NCBI RefSeq assembly: GCF_046119375.1
Contig: NW_027362764.1
Coordinates: 700,352,001-700,416,000, forward strand
From: Phyllobates terribilis
Taxonomy: Eukaryota
Direction: 5' to 3'
DNA: 64,000 nucleotides
How positions within the stretch are numbered: the first letter of the stretch is position 1; the number at the start of each line of letters is the position of its first letter. The notes under the pieces are model-generated. The model was given only the letters and a program-made list of their open reading frames with translations. It made no database searches and was not told the origin of the DNA. Of the stretch, positions 23,230 through 35,087 are shown one piece after another. The translations under genes and the position numbers were made by a program.

Positions 23230-23590
23230 CTGGCAACCTCATTCTCCCAAGTCAGGCCGATTACAGAGATACCAGATTTATAGAAGGTTTTTTTTGTAGT
23301 GAAAAAAAGAAACATTCTAAAAAATATATTTATTTTGTCTCTGTTTTCTCAGACCCATAATTTTTTTTCATAGCTTTTATTGGTACCATTTTGGGATACA
23401 TGCAACTTTTTTGTAGTTTTTTTTTATGTTTTTTGGAAGAAAAAAAAACAGCAATTCTGGTGTTCATTTTTTTATAGAATTTATTATATACATAATTCTT
23501 TTTAGGTTTAGGGGATTTAAAAAATATAATACATTTTTTTTATAGAATTATCAGTGCCTGTGATTTATTTGTCTTTTTTTGTGTTTGCAG

Positions 23591-23638
23591 GTTCTTGTAC
23601 AAACATAACTAGCAAAGACTGCCAGAGATATCGTACAG
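23591..23638 (+). other. Predicted 48-nt non-coding exon 2 of paralogue B
   Basis: ttgtcttttttt-gtgtttgcag|GTTCTTGTAC...ATCGTACAG|gtaagg: strong acceptor and donor, no ATG. Confidence 0.6.
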
Positions 23639-25847
23639 GTAAGGCATGTTGGAATGTAGCCTCCAAAAAAAAAAAAATAGTTGTTTGTATATGGAATATG
23701 AACCATCATTGTCCTGGTCATGTCATGGATATGCAGGTGCTTGAGAATGATAGGTGGTACTGCGCATATAGCAAGCCCCCTTTTGTGTGTTCATCACATC
23801 ACCAGGACATATTTTTATACAGTGGAAATAATCCACGTAAATGACTAAAGGCAGTAAAGAATTCTTACAGAAAGCAGTAACACAAAGTGGTGGTCCAAAG
23901 GAAAAGTACTTTTTCTCCTAACTCCATATCTATTTGATGGCATGAACAAAGCTATTCTATTATACTTCTTTTAAAAATTCCTTATCGTTCTCCAACTACA
24001 CTGTCTAACAGCTATTGTATTTTTTTCTGTTTCCTGTCTGATGACGATAAGTTTAAGTATCAATAGTGCATGCTGGGGTACTCAAACGAAGCGTCATCCT
24101 TTGCCTTTGGACCACTCCTTTAAGGGATTTACCAGTGAAAAAATTGTCTGAGTAGCCATTCTCTGTGAAATGAACATTTTGCTTACTTCATCAGTAAGCG
24201 TTTCCAATGCTTTCTGACCTTTTTGGACATCCCCTGTTCTGACCTGAAGTTCAACAGCTCTTGGGAAGGGAGGTCTGGGGACTGCCCATTACAGGGGGTG
24301 AAGACTCATGCAGTGAGAGAGGGAGATACATCGGGTGGGACACATTGTCACCAAAGATGAGGGGAGGTTGAACAAGCTAGTGCAAAGGAATCTGCAGCAT
24401 GAATATCATAGGGGCAGGAAGTAGTTTACAGCCCACAAATGCTGCAGCAAGGCTGACGAGAACGGAGGCTATAAATATGCAAAACAAAATTGCACAAAAA
24501 TTGCTAAAGGGGAAGTGAAGAACATTTTGATTTGATATACAATCTCTTTAAAAGTATTCTCATTTATGAAGTAATGGCATATTATCCAATTATACCATCA
24601 CTCTATGATCAGTGAAGGTCCGTCTCTTGGCATTCCCACCAATGCTCAGAATAAATGCAATGCGGACCTGCACTGGTGGCTCCTCAGGCCCCTGCTCTTT
24701 AGGGGATGCAGCAGTCTTTCCTTGCACAGACATATGACCAATGTATAGTTCTGGTGGAAAAAAGTTAGGAAGGGGCCTCTGTGCAGTTCCTGTTTAATGG
24801 GGTATTCCCATCGCAGCCATTCATGACTAAGGTGGGAATACCAGTCTGTGTGGTGGGCAGGAATATGGAAGAAACAGTGGGTCTAATGCCCTTATAGAAG
24901 GGGATGGGAGTAAGGCCAGTTTCACAAATTTTTATACAGACTGTTATTTCTGCATCAGCCATGGGTCTCCTGACCAGAACTCAGCAGCCTCTTATTTGCT
25001 TATGAGGTTGCTGAGTTTGGCCAGGAGACCCACAGCTAGTCCAGAAATCCCTGTCGTAAAACTCATTCATGTGGCACTGGCCTTATGGAATCAGCTTGGC
25101 ACGTTCTGCTCAGCTGTTTCCATAATTGTGGCCACATGTGGCTGCATATTTACAGGCAGTTTTATGTCGAGCACGAAGAATAGGGTACTGCTCATTCTCT
25201 TGGTTGCGGAGGTTTTAGAGTTCAGTTTCCACCAATCGTAGTTTAAGCTCACAACAAAATATAAAAATGGTCCATTTTTGATCCAGAAAAAAGGGCAACT
25301 TTTCATGTGTGCAATTTATGTGGCATCCATTTTCATACATCATCAGTTATTAAAATGTAAAAGATCAAATACAGTTTCCTATGTATAGGAGAGTCTGGTC
25401 TTAAATACATAAGAAATATTGCATGTTGTTCGTTTTTTTTCAGACATACGTTTCATGATTTAAAAAAAAAAAAAAAAAGTCATGTGAACAGCCCTATTGA
25501 ATAATATAATAATATTGGTCTGAGTTCTCTGGTTTTATTCACGGACAGCACTGGTTCGAAAATTCCCTTTAGTCCAGCATCAAATAATCCAAAAAGCTTT
25601 GGAAAGTAAACCTCAAGAGATTGTCCTTGTTTTTTTGTTTTTTTTAAATTTGGTTTACAACTAAATTTTAAACGTTTTAGCCAGTGTGCCGATCTGTGTT
25701 GTGGTTTTAGTTATACAAGCCACAGCGCTCTGTTGGGTCTATCACACGATGGGAGCAAGCAGTGCCAACTAGGTCCTGTTAACTTACAATAGGGTCTGTT
25801 GGATCACGTATTACTGGTGCCTTACTGTTCATGATTTCTGTTACTAA

Positions 25848-28800
25848 CTATTATAGCTCCATTTATTCCATGGCGCTTTACATGTGAAAAGGTTTATACG
25901 TAATAAAAAAAAATATGTACAATATTCTTGAGCAAAACAAGTCACCGGCTGATACAGGAGGAGCTAGGACCCTGCCAGCGAGAGCTCAGTCTACAAGGGA
26001 TGGGTGAGGATACAGTAGGTGAGGGTAGAGCTGGTCGTGCAGCGGTGTGGTGGAGCGAGGGTTACTGCAGGCTGTAGGCTTGTCGGAAGAGGTGGGTCTT
26101 CAGGTTTCTTTTGAAGGTTTCCAGGTAGGCGAGAGTCTATGTTGGGGTAGAGCGTTCCAGAGTAGGGGGTATGCACGGGAGAAAAGTTGTATGCGATTGT
26201 GGGAAGTGGAAATAAGAGGGGAGTAGAGAAGGAGATCTTGTGAGGATCAGCGGTTGCGTGCAGGTAAGTACCCGGGAGACTAGGTCACAGATGTATGGAG
26301 GAGACAGGTTGTGGATGGCTTTGTATGCCAAAGTTAGGGTTTTGAACTGGAGTCTCTGGGCAATGGGGAGCCAGTGAAGAGATTGACAGAGGAGAGGCCG
26401 GAGAATAGCGGGGGGACGGGGGCGGGTGGATTAGTCGGCCAACAGCTTTTAGGATAGATTCCAGGGGTGCGAGAGGGTTGGAAAAGAGGCCACAGAGCAG
26501 GAGGTTGCAGTAGTCATGGTGGGGGATAATGAGGGTGTGCACTAGTGTTTTTGCAGTTTCTTGATTTAGGAATGTGCAGATGCAGGAAATATGTTTGAGT
26601 TGGAGTAGGCATGAAGTGGAAAGGGCTTGGATGTGTGGTTTGAGGGAGAGATCAGAGTCCGGGGTTACCACGAGGCAGCGAATTTGTGGGACTGGGGAGA
26701 GTGAGCAGCAATTGACTTTGATGGATGGGTCTGTTGAGGAGAGGGGTATTGAGTGAGATGGGGAAAAGATGAATTCTGTTTTATCCATGTTAAGTTTTAG
26801 AAATGTAGCAGAGAAGAGATGAAATAGCGGACAGACATTGTGGGATTCTGGTTAGTAAGGAGGTGACATTGGGTCCAGAGAGGTAGATCTGTGTGTCATC
26901 AGCAGAGCTTTGTTAAAGGGTCACTATTGACTTAGGATTGCTACTTCCTTTAGGTGGCACTAGAGTTCTAGTCCTCTTCCTCTCTGAAGAGACAGTTTGC
27001 TGTAATCTGTGGGGCTCTTTCAGCTGTCCTAGGCCAAAGGTGTAGATGGAGAAGAGTAGAAGTCCTAGAACTGAACTTGAGGGGACATAGACAGATGGGG
27101 GGCGAGATGATGATGAGGAGGTGGTGTGTGAGTGGGTGAGGCTGAATGTCCGGTCTGTTAGGTATGATTAGATCCAAGATAGGTCCAGGTCTGTGATGGC
27201 AAGAGATGAGAATCTGCAGTAAGGGGGAATGGTCCACTGTGTTGAAGGCCGTTCCAGGAGGGGGAGGACAGAGTAGTGTCACTTGGATTTGGCGGTTAGT
27301 AGGTCGTTGGTGACTTTAGTTATGGCAGTTTCAGTGGAATGATGTGGTCGAAAGACAGATTGAAAGTGGTCAAAGAGCGAGAGGACCGTTCAAGATGGAC
27401 GTGTGGTTCAAGTAGTTTTGAGGCATAGGGGAGAAGTGATAAGGGGCGATAGCTAGACACTGAGGATGGGTCAAGGGAGGGCTTTTTGAGGAGGCGTGTG
27501 ATCAAGGTATGTTTAAAACATGAGTTGTTGGTGACTGGATGAAGAGAGTGTTTACGGTTGAGATGAAGACTGGTGAGGTTTGGGATGAGGTGGGACGGGA
27601 TTGGGTCAAGTACAAAGGTGGTGAAATGTGATCTGGAGAGTAGAGGAAAGTTGATCTTCTGTAATGGCAGAGGAGCTGGTTTTGGAGGAGGAGGGCTGAG
27701 TAGTTGCGAGAAAGGGCTGTGGGGACTGTAGGCCAAAGCCTTTTGATATTATCAATTTGCTTGAAGAATGAAGCAAAGTCCTCAGCTGAGATGAGGAGTG
27801 GAAGAAGAGAATTGAAACTGAATAGCTGTTTAGGGTTGTGAGTCAGGGATTATATGAGAGATGAGAAGAAGGTTTGTTTTGCTGCAGTGAGTGTGGACTT
27901 GAAAGTAGTGAGGGACTGTTTGAATGTGATGAAGTGCTTGTCGTAGTGGGATCTTTTTCATCTCTGCTCGGCAACCCTGGAAGCCTGCCACAGTTCTTTA
28001 GTCAGGCTGGTGTGCCAGGGTTCCCTGTTGATTATGCGAGCTTTGGTGCGTGTGAGGGGGGTGACCGATTCGAGAGCTGCAGCTGTTGTGTTATATAAAG
28101 TAGTAGAAGCATCTTCATTGTGTAAGGAACTTATGTCTGCAAGAGTGAGAAGGGATTCAGAAAGTGAGTGTAAATCAAGATGTTTGAGATTTGAGGGTGT
28201 GCAAGTTTGTGGAGTGGGGATTGTGCATCTGGAGAGGAGAGGGAAGAGAATGTGAGTAGGTTGTGTTCAGACAGAGGGAGAGGTGAAGTTAAGAGAGGTT
28301 AGATGGGGAACAGAGGCAGGTGAAGATGAGGGCCAGTGTGTGGCCATCTTTGTGAGTGGCTGCGGAAGACAATTGAGCGAGGACATAGGAGGAGGTGAGA
28401 GTTAAAAGCTTGGAGACAGCGGAGTTGGAAGTGTCAATCGGAGATGTTGAAGTCACCCAAAATGATAGTGAGGATGTCAGCAGAAAGGAAATGCAGTAGC
28501 CGCGTGGTGAAGTGGTCAAAAAAGGTTGTGGCGGGCAGTTAGTGACAGCCAGTTGGAGGGGAAGTAAATGCACACTGAGTGCTCCTCAAAAGAAGTGAGA
28601 GTAACAGAGCGGCAGTGGAATTTGGGTGAAGGGGCAGTTATCTGACAGGAGAAAACCTGCTCCTCCACCATGCTTGCTGCTGGGGTGTGAGAAAGCTGGA
28701 ATCCACCATTTGAAAGTGCAGCTATAGAGGCTTTGTCAGAGGGGGTGAGCCAGGTTTCAGTGATGCCGAGGAAGGAGAATTTGTTAGTAATGAAAAGATC

Positions 28801-29254
28801 ATGGATGTAGGAAAGTTTGTTGCAGACAGAGCGAGTGTTCATAGAGCTCCTGTTAGAGGAAATGGGGAAGTGGGGGCTGGGCTTATGAGTATAAGATTGG
28901 AGAGGTTGCATAAATTTGTGATAGATTGTGGATCGGAGGTGGAAGTGACTGTGGGGATGTGGTGCGGAGGGCCAGGATTGGTAGATATCGCTGGCAGTGA
29001 GGAGGAGCAGAGAACCTGTTAGTAGGTGGGAGGGGGAGAGAGCATGAGGTGGATGTCTGTTTAGAGACACAGGATTGAATGTGGAGGAAGAGAGATCCCC
29101 AGTTCATTATTAGGTGTAGGGATTAGGGTGGTTAATAGGAAGTGAAGGACTATGGGGGTGAGAGTGGAAACAAAAAGAAACATTGTTTAGTGTGACTATA
29201 TATCCAGTTACCTTCAATTCAAATTCTGTTCAAATTCATTGCAGTACACTTAAG
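25848..29254 (-). mobile_element. Second L2-clade LINE of the same family, more decayed, with internal deletions
   Basis: Colinear with 6835-10227, from the 3' tail (ttatagctccatttattccatgg) to the 5' end (ccagttaccttca...cacttaag). APE/RT remnants are present. The 2A motif is frameshifted. A foreign fragment lies at about 26905-27000. Confidence 0.9.
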
Positions 29255-29311
29255 CTGCACTTGGATGGTGCATTGGGAAGACTGATGTCTATGCAGACTT
29301 GGTCCTCACAA

Positions 29312-29580
29312 TATAATAATCTTTATTTTTATATAGCGCTAACATATTCTGCAGCGCTTTACATACATTATCGTTGCTGTCCCCATCGGGGCTCACAATC
29401 TAGATTCCCTATCAGTATGTCTTTGGAGTGAGGGAGGAAACCGGAGAACCCAGAGGAAACCTACGCAAACACGGGGAGAACATACAAACTCCTTGCAGAT
29501 GTTGTCCTTGGTGGGATTTGAACCCAGGACCCCAGCGCTGCAAGGCTGCAGTGCTAACCACTGAGCCACCGTACCGTGCT
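29312..29580 (-). mobile_element. Full-length tRNA-derived V-SINE-like element
   Basis: A box TGGCTCAGTGGTTAGC, B box GGTTCAAATCC, V-domain, and 3' tail gtaaagcgctgcagaatatgttagcgctatataaaaataaagattattat. Confidence 0.85.
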
Positions 29581-30049
29581 AACAAATGCATTCAGGTCTG
29601 AAACAGAGGGGAGAGACCTGTACTCCTCTACTAATACCGTTTTCTCTCTTTCATATATGTAGCCAATATTGGTTTCAGACAAGTTATGGAGTATACTTTG
29701 TGGATTAAATGTGTATTATCAATGTGTTTTTTTTTTTACCTTAATTTTCTAAACTTTTGCATATTTTGACTCCTAATCATGCCTAATAACTTTGCATATT
29801 TCATGTGTGTGTTTTGTAGATGTCATCCATTTAAATAAGTAAATTTGCATACAATTTATGCTAATTTATAATATATATGTGTGTGTGTGTATATAGATAG
29901 ATATATAGATATAGAGTACAGTACATTTTGCCAAGTTATTCTCATGTGAAAATGTTACGGCTGTTTGATTGCTAAAGCTATCATCAAGGTGTTTCCAGTG
30001 GAGGTGGGCAATACAGCGTGTGATTTTATCTGCATGGTTCTGTTACATG

Positions 30050-30385
30050 CAGGGCTGTGGAGTCAGTAAGCCAAAACTTTGACTTCTCAATTTCCATGAT
30101 ACTGACTCCGACTCCCTCATACATGGCTCATGTTTAAGTGATAAATTTACTGTAGCACAGATTCATCTCAGCTAAAAGTCTAGACCCTTAGATCAGGAAT
30201 AGGACAGACCTTTATAGGACATTTCACAACTTTCCCAAATTCTTATGAAAAATTATTCCCCACAAACTGCATTGAACTACTGTACCCAATTTATTATATA
30301 TTTAGGAGTTGGAGTCGGTCCATTTAATACCAACTCCTATTCCGACTCTGACTCCACCAAAATGGACTCCGACTCCACATCCCTG
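30050..30385. mobile_element. hAT MITE copy 5
   Basis: TIRs present. Perfect 8-bp TSD GTTACATG. Confidence 0.88.
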
Positions 30386-30762
30386 GTTACATGTATGTGA
30401 GATGGCTCAGTAACAGTCATTGTGAAGCACAAGACTAAATGTTCATTTACACTGCACTGTCATGAAAGAGCATTCCTAGAAAAGCTTGTTTTGACAATAA
30501 TTACGCTTTCTAAACATTCTGTGGATCACCCGACAAACAAGGAAAACGCTTATTTGTCGGGTGGAATGATCTTTTTGTTTGCAAAATACAGCATTGTGTA
30601 AACGGACCTTCACTGCCAAGGACAATGGCAGTCTATGCACACTTGGCGATCTGTAATAGATTGTTCAGTGCGCATCTGAAGCACGATCTGCCTGCCCTAC
30701 AAACAAGTAGCTGATCAATGGTCATTTAGTGCCGCTAATCGTCAGATGCAAACACATCTTAA

Positions 30763-31469
30763 AGGGACTCTGTCAGCACAGAATGACTGTACAAACCAGT
30801 ACAGGCGCTCAATGCTTCACGGCGTGGCCAGTCATTTATATACATCTTCCCACCTGCTTGGTTTCCATCTATCTCCTCCCTTATCTGACTCCATGAAGCC
30901 AGAACTGTCAATCAAAGAAGGGGGTGGAGATAGAGGGACAGCAAGCATGTGGGAAGGTGTATATAAATGATTGGCTCCGCCATGAAGCACTGAGCGGTGG
31001 GGCTTAAAGGGGTATTCCCATCTCCAAGATCCTATCCCAATTTGTAGTAGGTGTAGTAATAATATTAGCAAATACCTCCAATTAGAAATATATAGTTTTC
31101 CGGATTCGCTATGTCTTTCTTCATGTGCAGGCATTGCAGAACCTTGGGCATCCATGGTTACGACCTCTGGCAACTGTCACTATATCAGTGGTCACAACCA
31201 TGGATACCTAAGGTCCTGCAATGCCTGCACCTTTCTCCACCAATTGTACATTTTGTCACTAAATTAACTACTGTATAACCCACAGTGATAGTTACGTTAG
31301 GTTGAAAAAAGACCTACGTCCATCATAGTGAATCAAAAAAACTATACTAAATTTCTAATTTGAGGTATTTTCTAATATTATTATTACACCTACTACATTT
31401 TGGGATAGGATCTTGGAGATGGGAATACCCCTTTAATTCGAACATGTCATTCTATGCTGACAGCATCCC
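30763..31469. mobile_element. T2-MITE (gggactctgtcagcacag family) split by a nested T2-MITE at 31008-31432
   Basis: Outer ends TTAA|AGGGACTCTGTCAGC and GCTGACAGCATCCC|TTAA. The inner element has about 33-bp perfect TIRs (AGGGGTATTCCCATCTCCAAGATCCTATCCCAA) and TTAA flanks. Confidence 0.85.
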
Positions 31470-31473
31470 TTAA

Positions 31474-32335
31474 CCCCTTCATGACCGGAGCATTTTCGGT
31501 TTTTGTTTTTTGCTCCCCTTGTTCCCAGAGCCATAACTTATTTTTTTGTCTATATGGTCAGGTGAGAGCTTTTTTGCGGGACGAGTTGTACTTTTGAACG
31601 ACATCACTGGTCTTACCGTATCGTGTTCTAGAAAATGGGGGGGGGGGATTCCAAGTTCGGTGAAATTGCAAAGAAAAGTGCAATTTCACAGGTGTTTTTT
31701 TTTTTTTACCACGTTCACTGAATGATAAAACTGACCTGCCATTATTATTCTCCAGGTCATTATGAATTCGAAGACACCAAACATGTATAGGTTCTTTATT
31801 ATTTACGTGGTGAAAAAAAAATCCAAAGTTTGCTATAAAAAAAAAAATTTGGGGTAAAAGTAATTTTCCGAGACCGGTAGCGTCTCCATTTTTCGGGATC
31901 TGGGGCCGGATGAGGGCTTATTTTCTACACGCCGAACTGATGTTTTTATTGATACCATTTTGGGGTAGATCTGATGTTTTGATCGCCCATTATTGCATTT
32001 TATTGCAATGTTGCAGCGACCATAAAAACTTAATTCTGGCGTTTTAGAATTTTTTTTTTTTTTTCTCTTTACGCCGTTTACCGATCAGATTCTTTCTTTC
32101 TTTATATTGATAGATCGGGAGATTCTGAACGCGGCGATACCAAATGTGTGTGTGGGTTTTTTTGTTTTATTTTGAATGGGGGGAAATGGAGGTGATTTAA
32201 ACTTTTATATATATATTATATTATATTTTTAAAAACTTTTTTTTTTTTTTACTTTCTGGTTGCTTAAATAGTCTCCATAGAGACTAGAAGTAGCACTTGC
32301 CTGATCGGCTCTGCTGCATACAGGCGACGAGCAGA
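31474..32335. mobile_element. Truncated non-autonomous piggyBac-type element, inverted relative of 13708-14907
   Basis: TTAA|CCCCTTCATGACC start. The sequence is the reverse complement of the right part of the 13.7-kb element. Confidence 0.75.
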
Positions 32336-32337
32336 AA

Positions 32338-32451
32338 CTGCATTGAACTACTGCACCCAATTTATTATATATTGTCGGAGTCGGTCCATTTTATACCGAC
32401 TTCGACTCCACCAAAATGGACAGGGACTCCGACTTTAACTCCACAGCCCTG
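32338..32451. mobile_element. hAT MITE copy 6 (right half only)
   Basis: ctgcattgaactactgcacccaatttattatat...ctccacagccctg matches the other copies. Confidence 0.75.
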
Positions 32452-33203
32452 ATAACGTCACAGGCCCTATTAAACACCGGATGTGCCAGAATGCTGCAAA
32501 TCTTTATGCTTAATTCTAGTCTGCTTCCTTTTTTTTCTGTATAGATGGCATAGTCTGACCTCTCCTTCACACCCTAGCTGATGGTTGTTTATACACGATT
32601 ACTATAATGTAGTTTTACATGCTTTTAGTGAGTTTTATTATTATTTTGTTTCTGCAATCCTAAAGCTGTGTTTACACAGCAAGATAATCGTGAACAAGCG
32701 TTGTTAAAAAACGCTTGTTCCACCATTATCTTGCTGTGTAAACAGCCTACTGATCACGCAATGAACTTGCAAAGCGTTCGTTCTTCGGGTGAAATGATCT
32801 TTTGCACAGCTCAAAAAATCCACGTTTTCAGCGGCGCATCGTCCTGTGTAAATAGGACTCATTCCTGAAAACTATGGTAGCCTGTAAGTGATCTTTTACA
32901 GATCGTTTACTTTGGTCTGTTTGTGTAAGCAGGCATGTAAACGACCGCCTATCTGTATAGTGTACATTTCTTGTCATACTGTCTCAGTATGTATAAACAG
33001 GCAAGGATGTGGGAGCAAATAAGCAATATTTCTTTCTTTTCTGCCACATGCTTGTGCTATGTATGTCTCAATCACACAGCATCCCATAAAGTAGAAATTA
33101 GCTTTTATTACTGCCGCATATCCATTCTTTTATTGCAGAAAAATTACAGATTTTTATATACTTCTTTTTCCTATCTGCAGGTATAATTGCTGTTGACCTG
33201 AAA

Positions 33204-35087
33204 ATGTCGCTAGTCGTCCGGCTGCAGGGTCTTCCTGCCGTAGCAGATTCCTTTGATATTCGGCAGTTCTTTTGTGGATTGAATATTCCCAGAGGTGGAG
33301 TGTATATCACAGGTGGAAAATACGGTGAGGCTTATATTGTATTTGCAACGTATGAAGATGCCCGTCACGCCTTGAGCCTGTCGTGCCATCTTCTTAAGGA
33401 TTCATGTGTCCGTCTAACATACAGCAGTGAAGAGGAAATGAGACAAGCGCTGGAAATATACCAGATAGGTCTAAAGCCGACAACGAGTGCTCCGTATAAC
33501 TCTGAGGTCAACGCAAGAGGTTATGAATCCTATTTGCCAACGTTTTCATATATTTACTTACATGGCATGCCAATCAAAGCCACAAAGGTGGACATACGAG
33601 AGTTTTTCAAGGGACTCCTGGTGGTAGATGTCTTGTTTTTGAAATTCATAAATGGCATAAGGAATGGAAATGCTATTGTCAAGTTTGGAAGAAGCACTGA
33701 TTCCAGTGAAGGGCTGAAACTTCACCAGATGCCCCTTTGTGGTTCGCCAGTGACACTAAAGCTTTCTAATGAGGTTGAATGGAAAAAGAATGGTGGCGTA
33801 CATATTGATGCGAGGCGGAATTCTCCTCCACCTGTACCTAGCTATGCAAGACGACGGAGCAGAACTAGATCACGATCACCAAGAATTAGAAGAAGAGCTA
33901 GAAAAGGATCACCTTTTGTACGTGAATGCTTTGTGCATATTATTAATTTGAGCTACAGAGCTGAGAAAAGAGATATCAAGAAGTTCTTTTTTGATCTTGA
34001 CATGAAGGATTCTCAGATTACCTTCCTTGTTGACAAAGAAGGTAAAAGGACAAGAGAAGCTTTTGCCATGTTCACAACAGAAAAAGATTACAAAAGAGCA
34101 CTCAACTTGGACAAGGAAACCTTCAAGGGTCACCGTTTAACCATAGTGCCCGTTTCCAAAAAGAACATGAATGTGTTAATCGATCGAATGAAAATGAGAG
34201 TCTGCAAAGATCGCTCTGACAAGAAAAAGTCTCCAAGTCGTTCCCCGCAAGAACGAAGGTACTTATATCTGCGAAATTTTGCATTTGATATCACTAAAAA
34301 GGATGTTAAGAATTTCTTTTATGGGCAAAGTATAAAAGAAGAAGATGTCATTCTGTTAAATGACAGTAAAGGAGTCGGGCTTGGGGAAGCATTGGTCAAA
34401 TTTCCTAGTGAAAAATATGCATTGAAAGCTGAAAAAGATAACAAACAAACATATCTGGGGATTAAAGTAGTCTTAAGCCGCATCAGTGAGGAACAAATGA
34501 AGGCATTAAAGGAGTCCAATCAAGCAGATGAGTCCATGGTTACTGAAGCCGATGACATGCCTGATTTTACTTCAGATTCAACGTTTAATATGGTTACCAG
34601 TGTGAATACACCTCCAGCTCCAGTACAAACCAACGGAGAGGCATCAACGCTGGACTCCAGTGAGGTAGCGCTTCCTTCCATATCGGAAAGTGTGCCACCT
34701 TCAAATAATGAACCGGAATCCAAGGAGAAACCGGAGGAACCGGAATTGCCTCCGAAAGCACAGGAAGTTACTTTGACCGAGAACAATTCTACAGAGGACA
34801 CTGTGGATGACGCCAACGCTGTCGATGAAGAAATGTCCTACGAAGGTGATGAAACCAAGTCCGCTGAAGTAACTTTACTGTTCGTTAGGAACTTGCCCTC
34901 TTCTGTCACCACTGCTGAGCTTATGGACTTTTTTCATGACTACAAAGTGAGCTCTGTGAATCTGAAAAATATTGAGAGAGGCATTGCCACTGTACTCTTG
35001 CTAAGTTACGGGGATGCGATATCTGCCATAAATACCCTTAACAAGAAAGAAGTGGGCTCTAAGCCGGTGTTCCTCAGTTTAATTTGA
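33204..35087 (+). CDS. RBM12B: RBM12B-like protein (paralogue B, more divergent), 627 aa, five RRMs, single coding exon
   Basis: Intact ORF with RRM1 MSLVVRLQGLPAVADSFDIRQFFCGLNIPRGGVYITGGKYGEAYIVFATYEDAR, an RTRSRSP motif before RRM3, and RRM4 YLYLRNFAFDITKKDVKNFF...GVGLGEALVKFPSE. The acceptor cttctttttcctatctgcag|G ends at 33180, 23 nt before the ATG. Confidence 0.9.
   Translation: MSLVVRLQGLPAVADSFDIRQFFCGLNIPRGGVYITGGKYGEAYIVFATYEDARHALSLSCHLLKDSCVRLTYSSEEEMRQALEIYQIGLKPTTSAPYNSEVNARGYESYLPTFSYIYLHGMPIKATKVDIREFFKGLLVVDVLFLKFINGIRNGNAIVKFGRSTDSSEGLKLHQMPLCGSPVTLKLSNEVEWKKNGGVHIDARRNSPPPVPSYARRRSRTRSRSPRIRRRARKGSPFVRECFVHIINLSYRAEKRDIKKFFFDLDMKDSQITFLVDKEGKRTREAFAMFTTEKDYKRALNLDKETFKGHRLTIVPVSKKNMNVLIDRMKMRVCKDRSDKKKSPSRSPQERRYLYLRNFAFDITKKDVKNFFYGQSIKEEDVILLNDSKGVGLGEALVKFPSEKYALKAEKDNKQTYLGIKVVLSRISEEQMKALKESNQADESMVTEADDMPDFTSDSTFNMVTSVNTPPAPVQTNGEASTLDSSEVALPSISESVPPSNNEPESKEKPEEPELPPKAQEVTLTENNSTEDTVDDANAVDEEMSYEGDETKSAEVTLLFVRNLPSSVTTAELMDFFHDYKVSSVNLKNIERGIATVLLLSYGDAISAINTLNKKEVGSKPVFLSLI

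Noticed and set aside
24036-24155. Possible C/D box snoRNA (CTGATGA...CTGA)
   Set aside because: Imperfect C box, no terminal stem, and no recognisable rRNA or snRNA antisense element.
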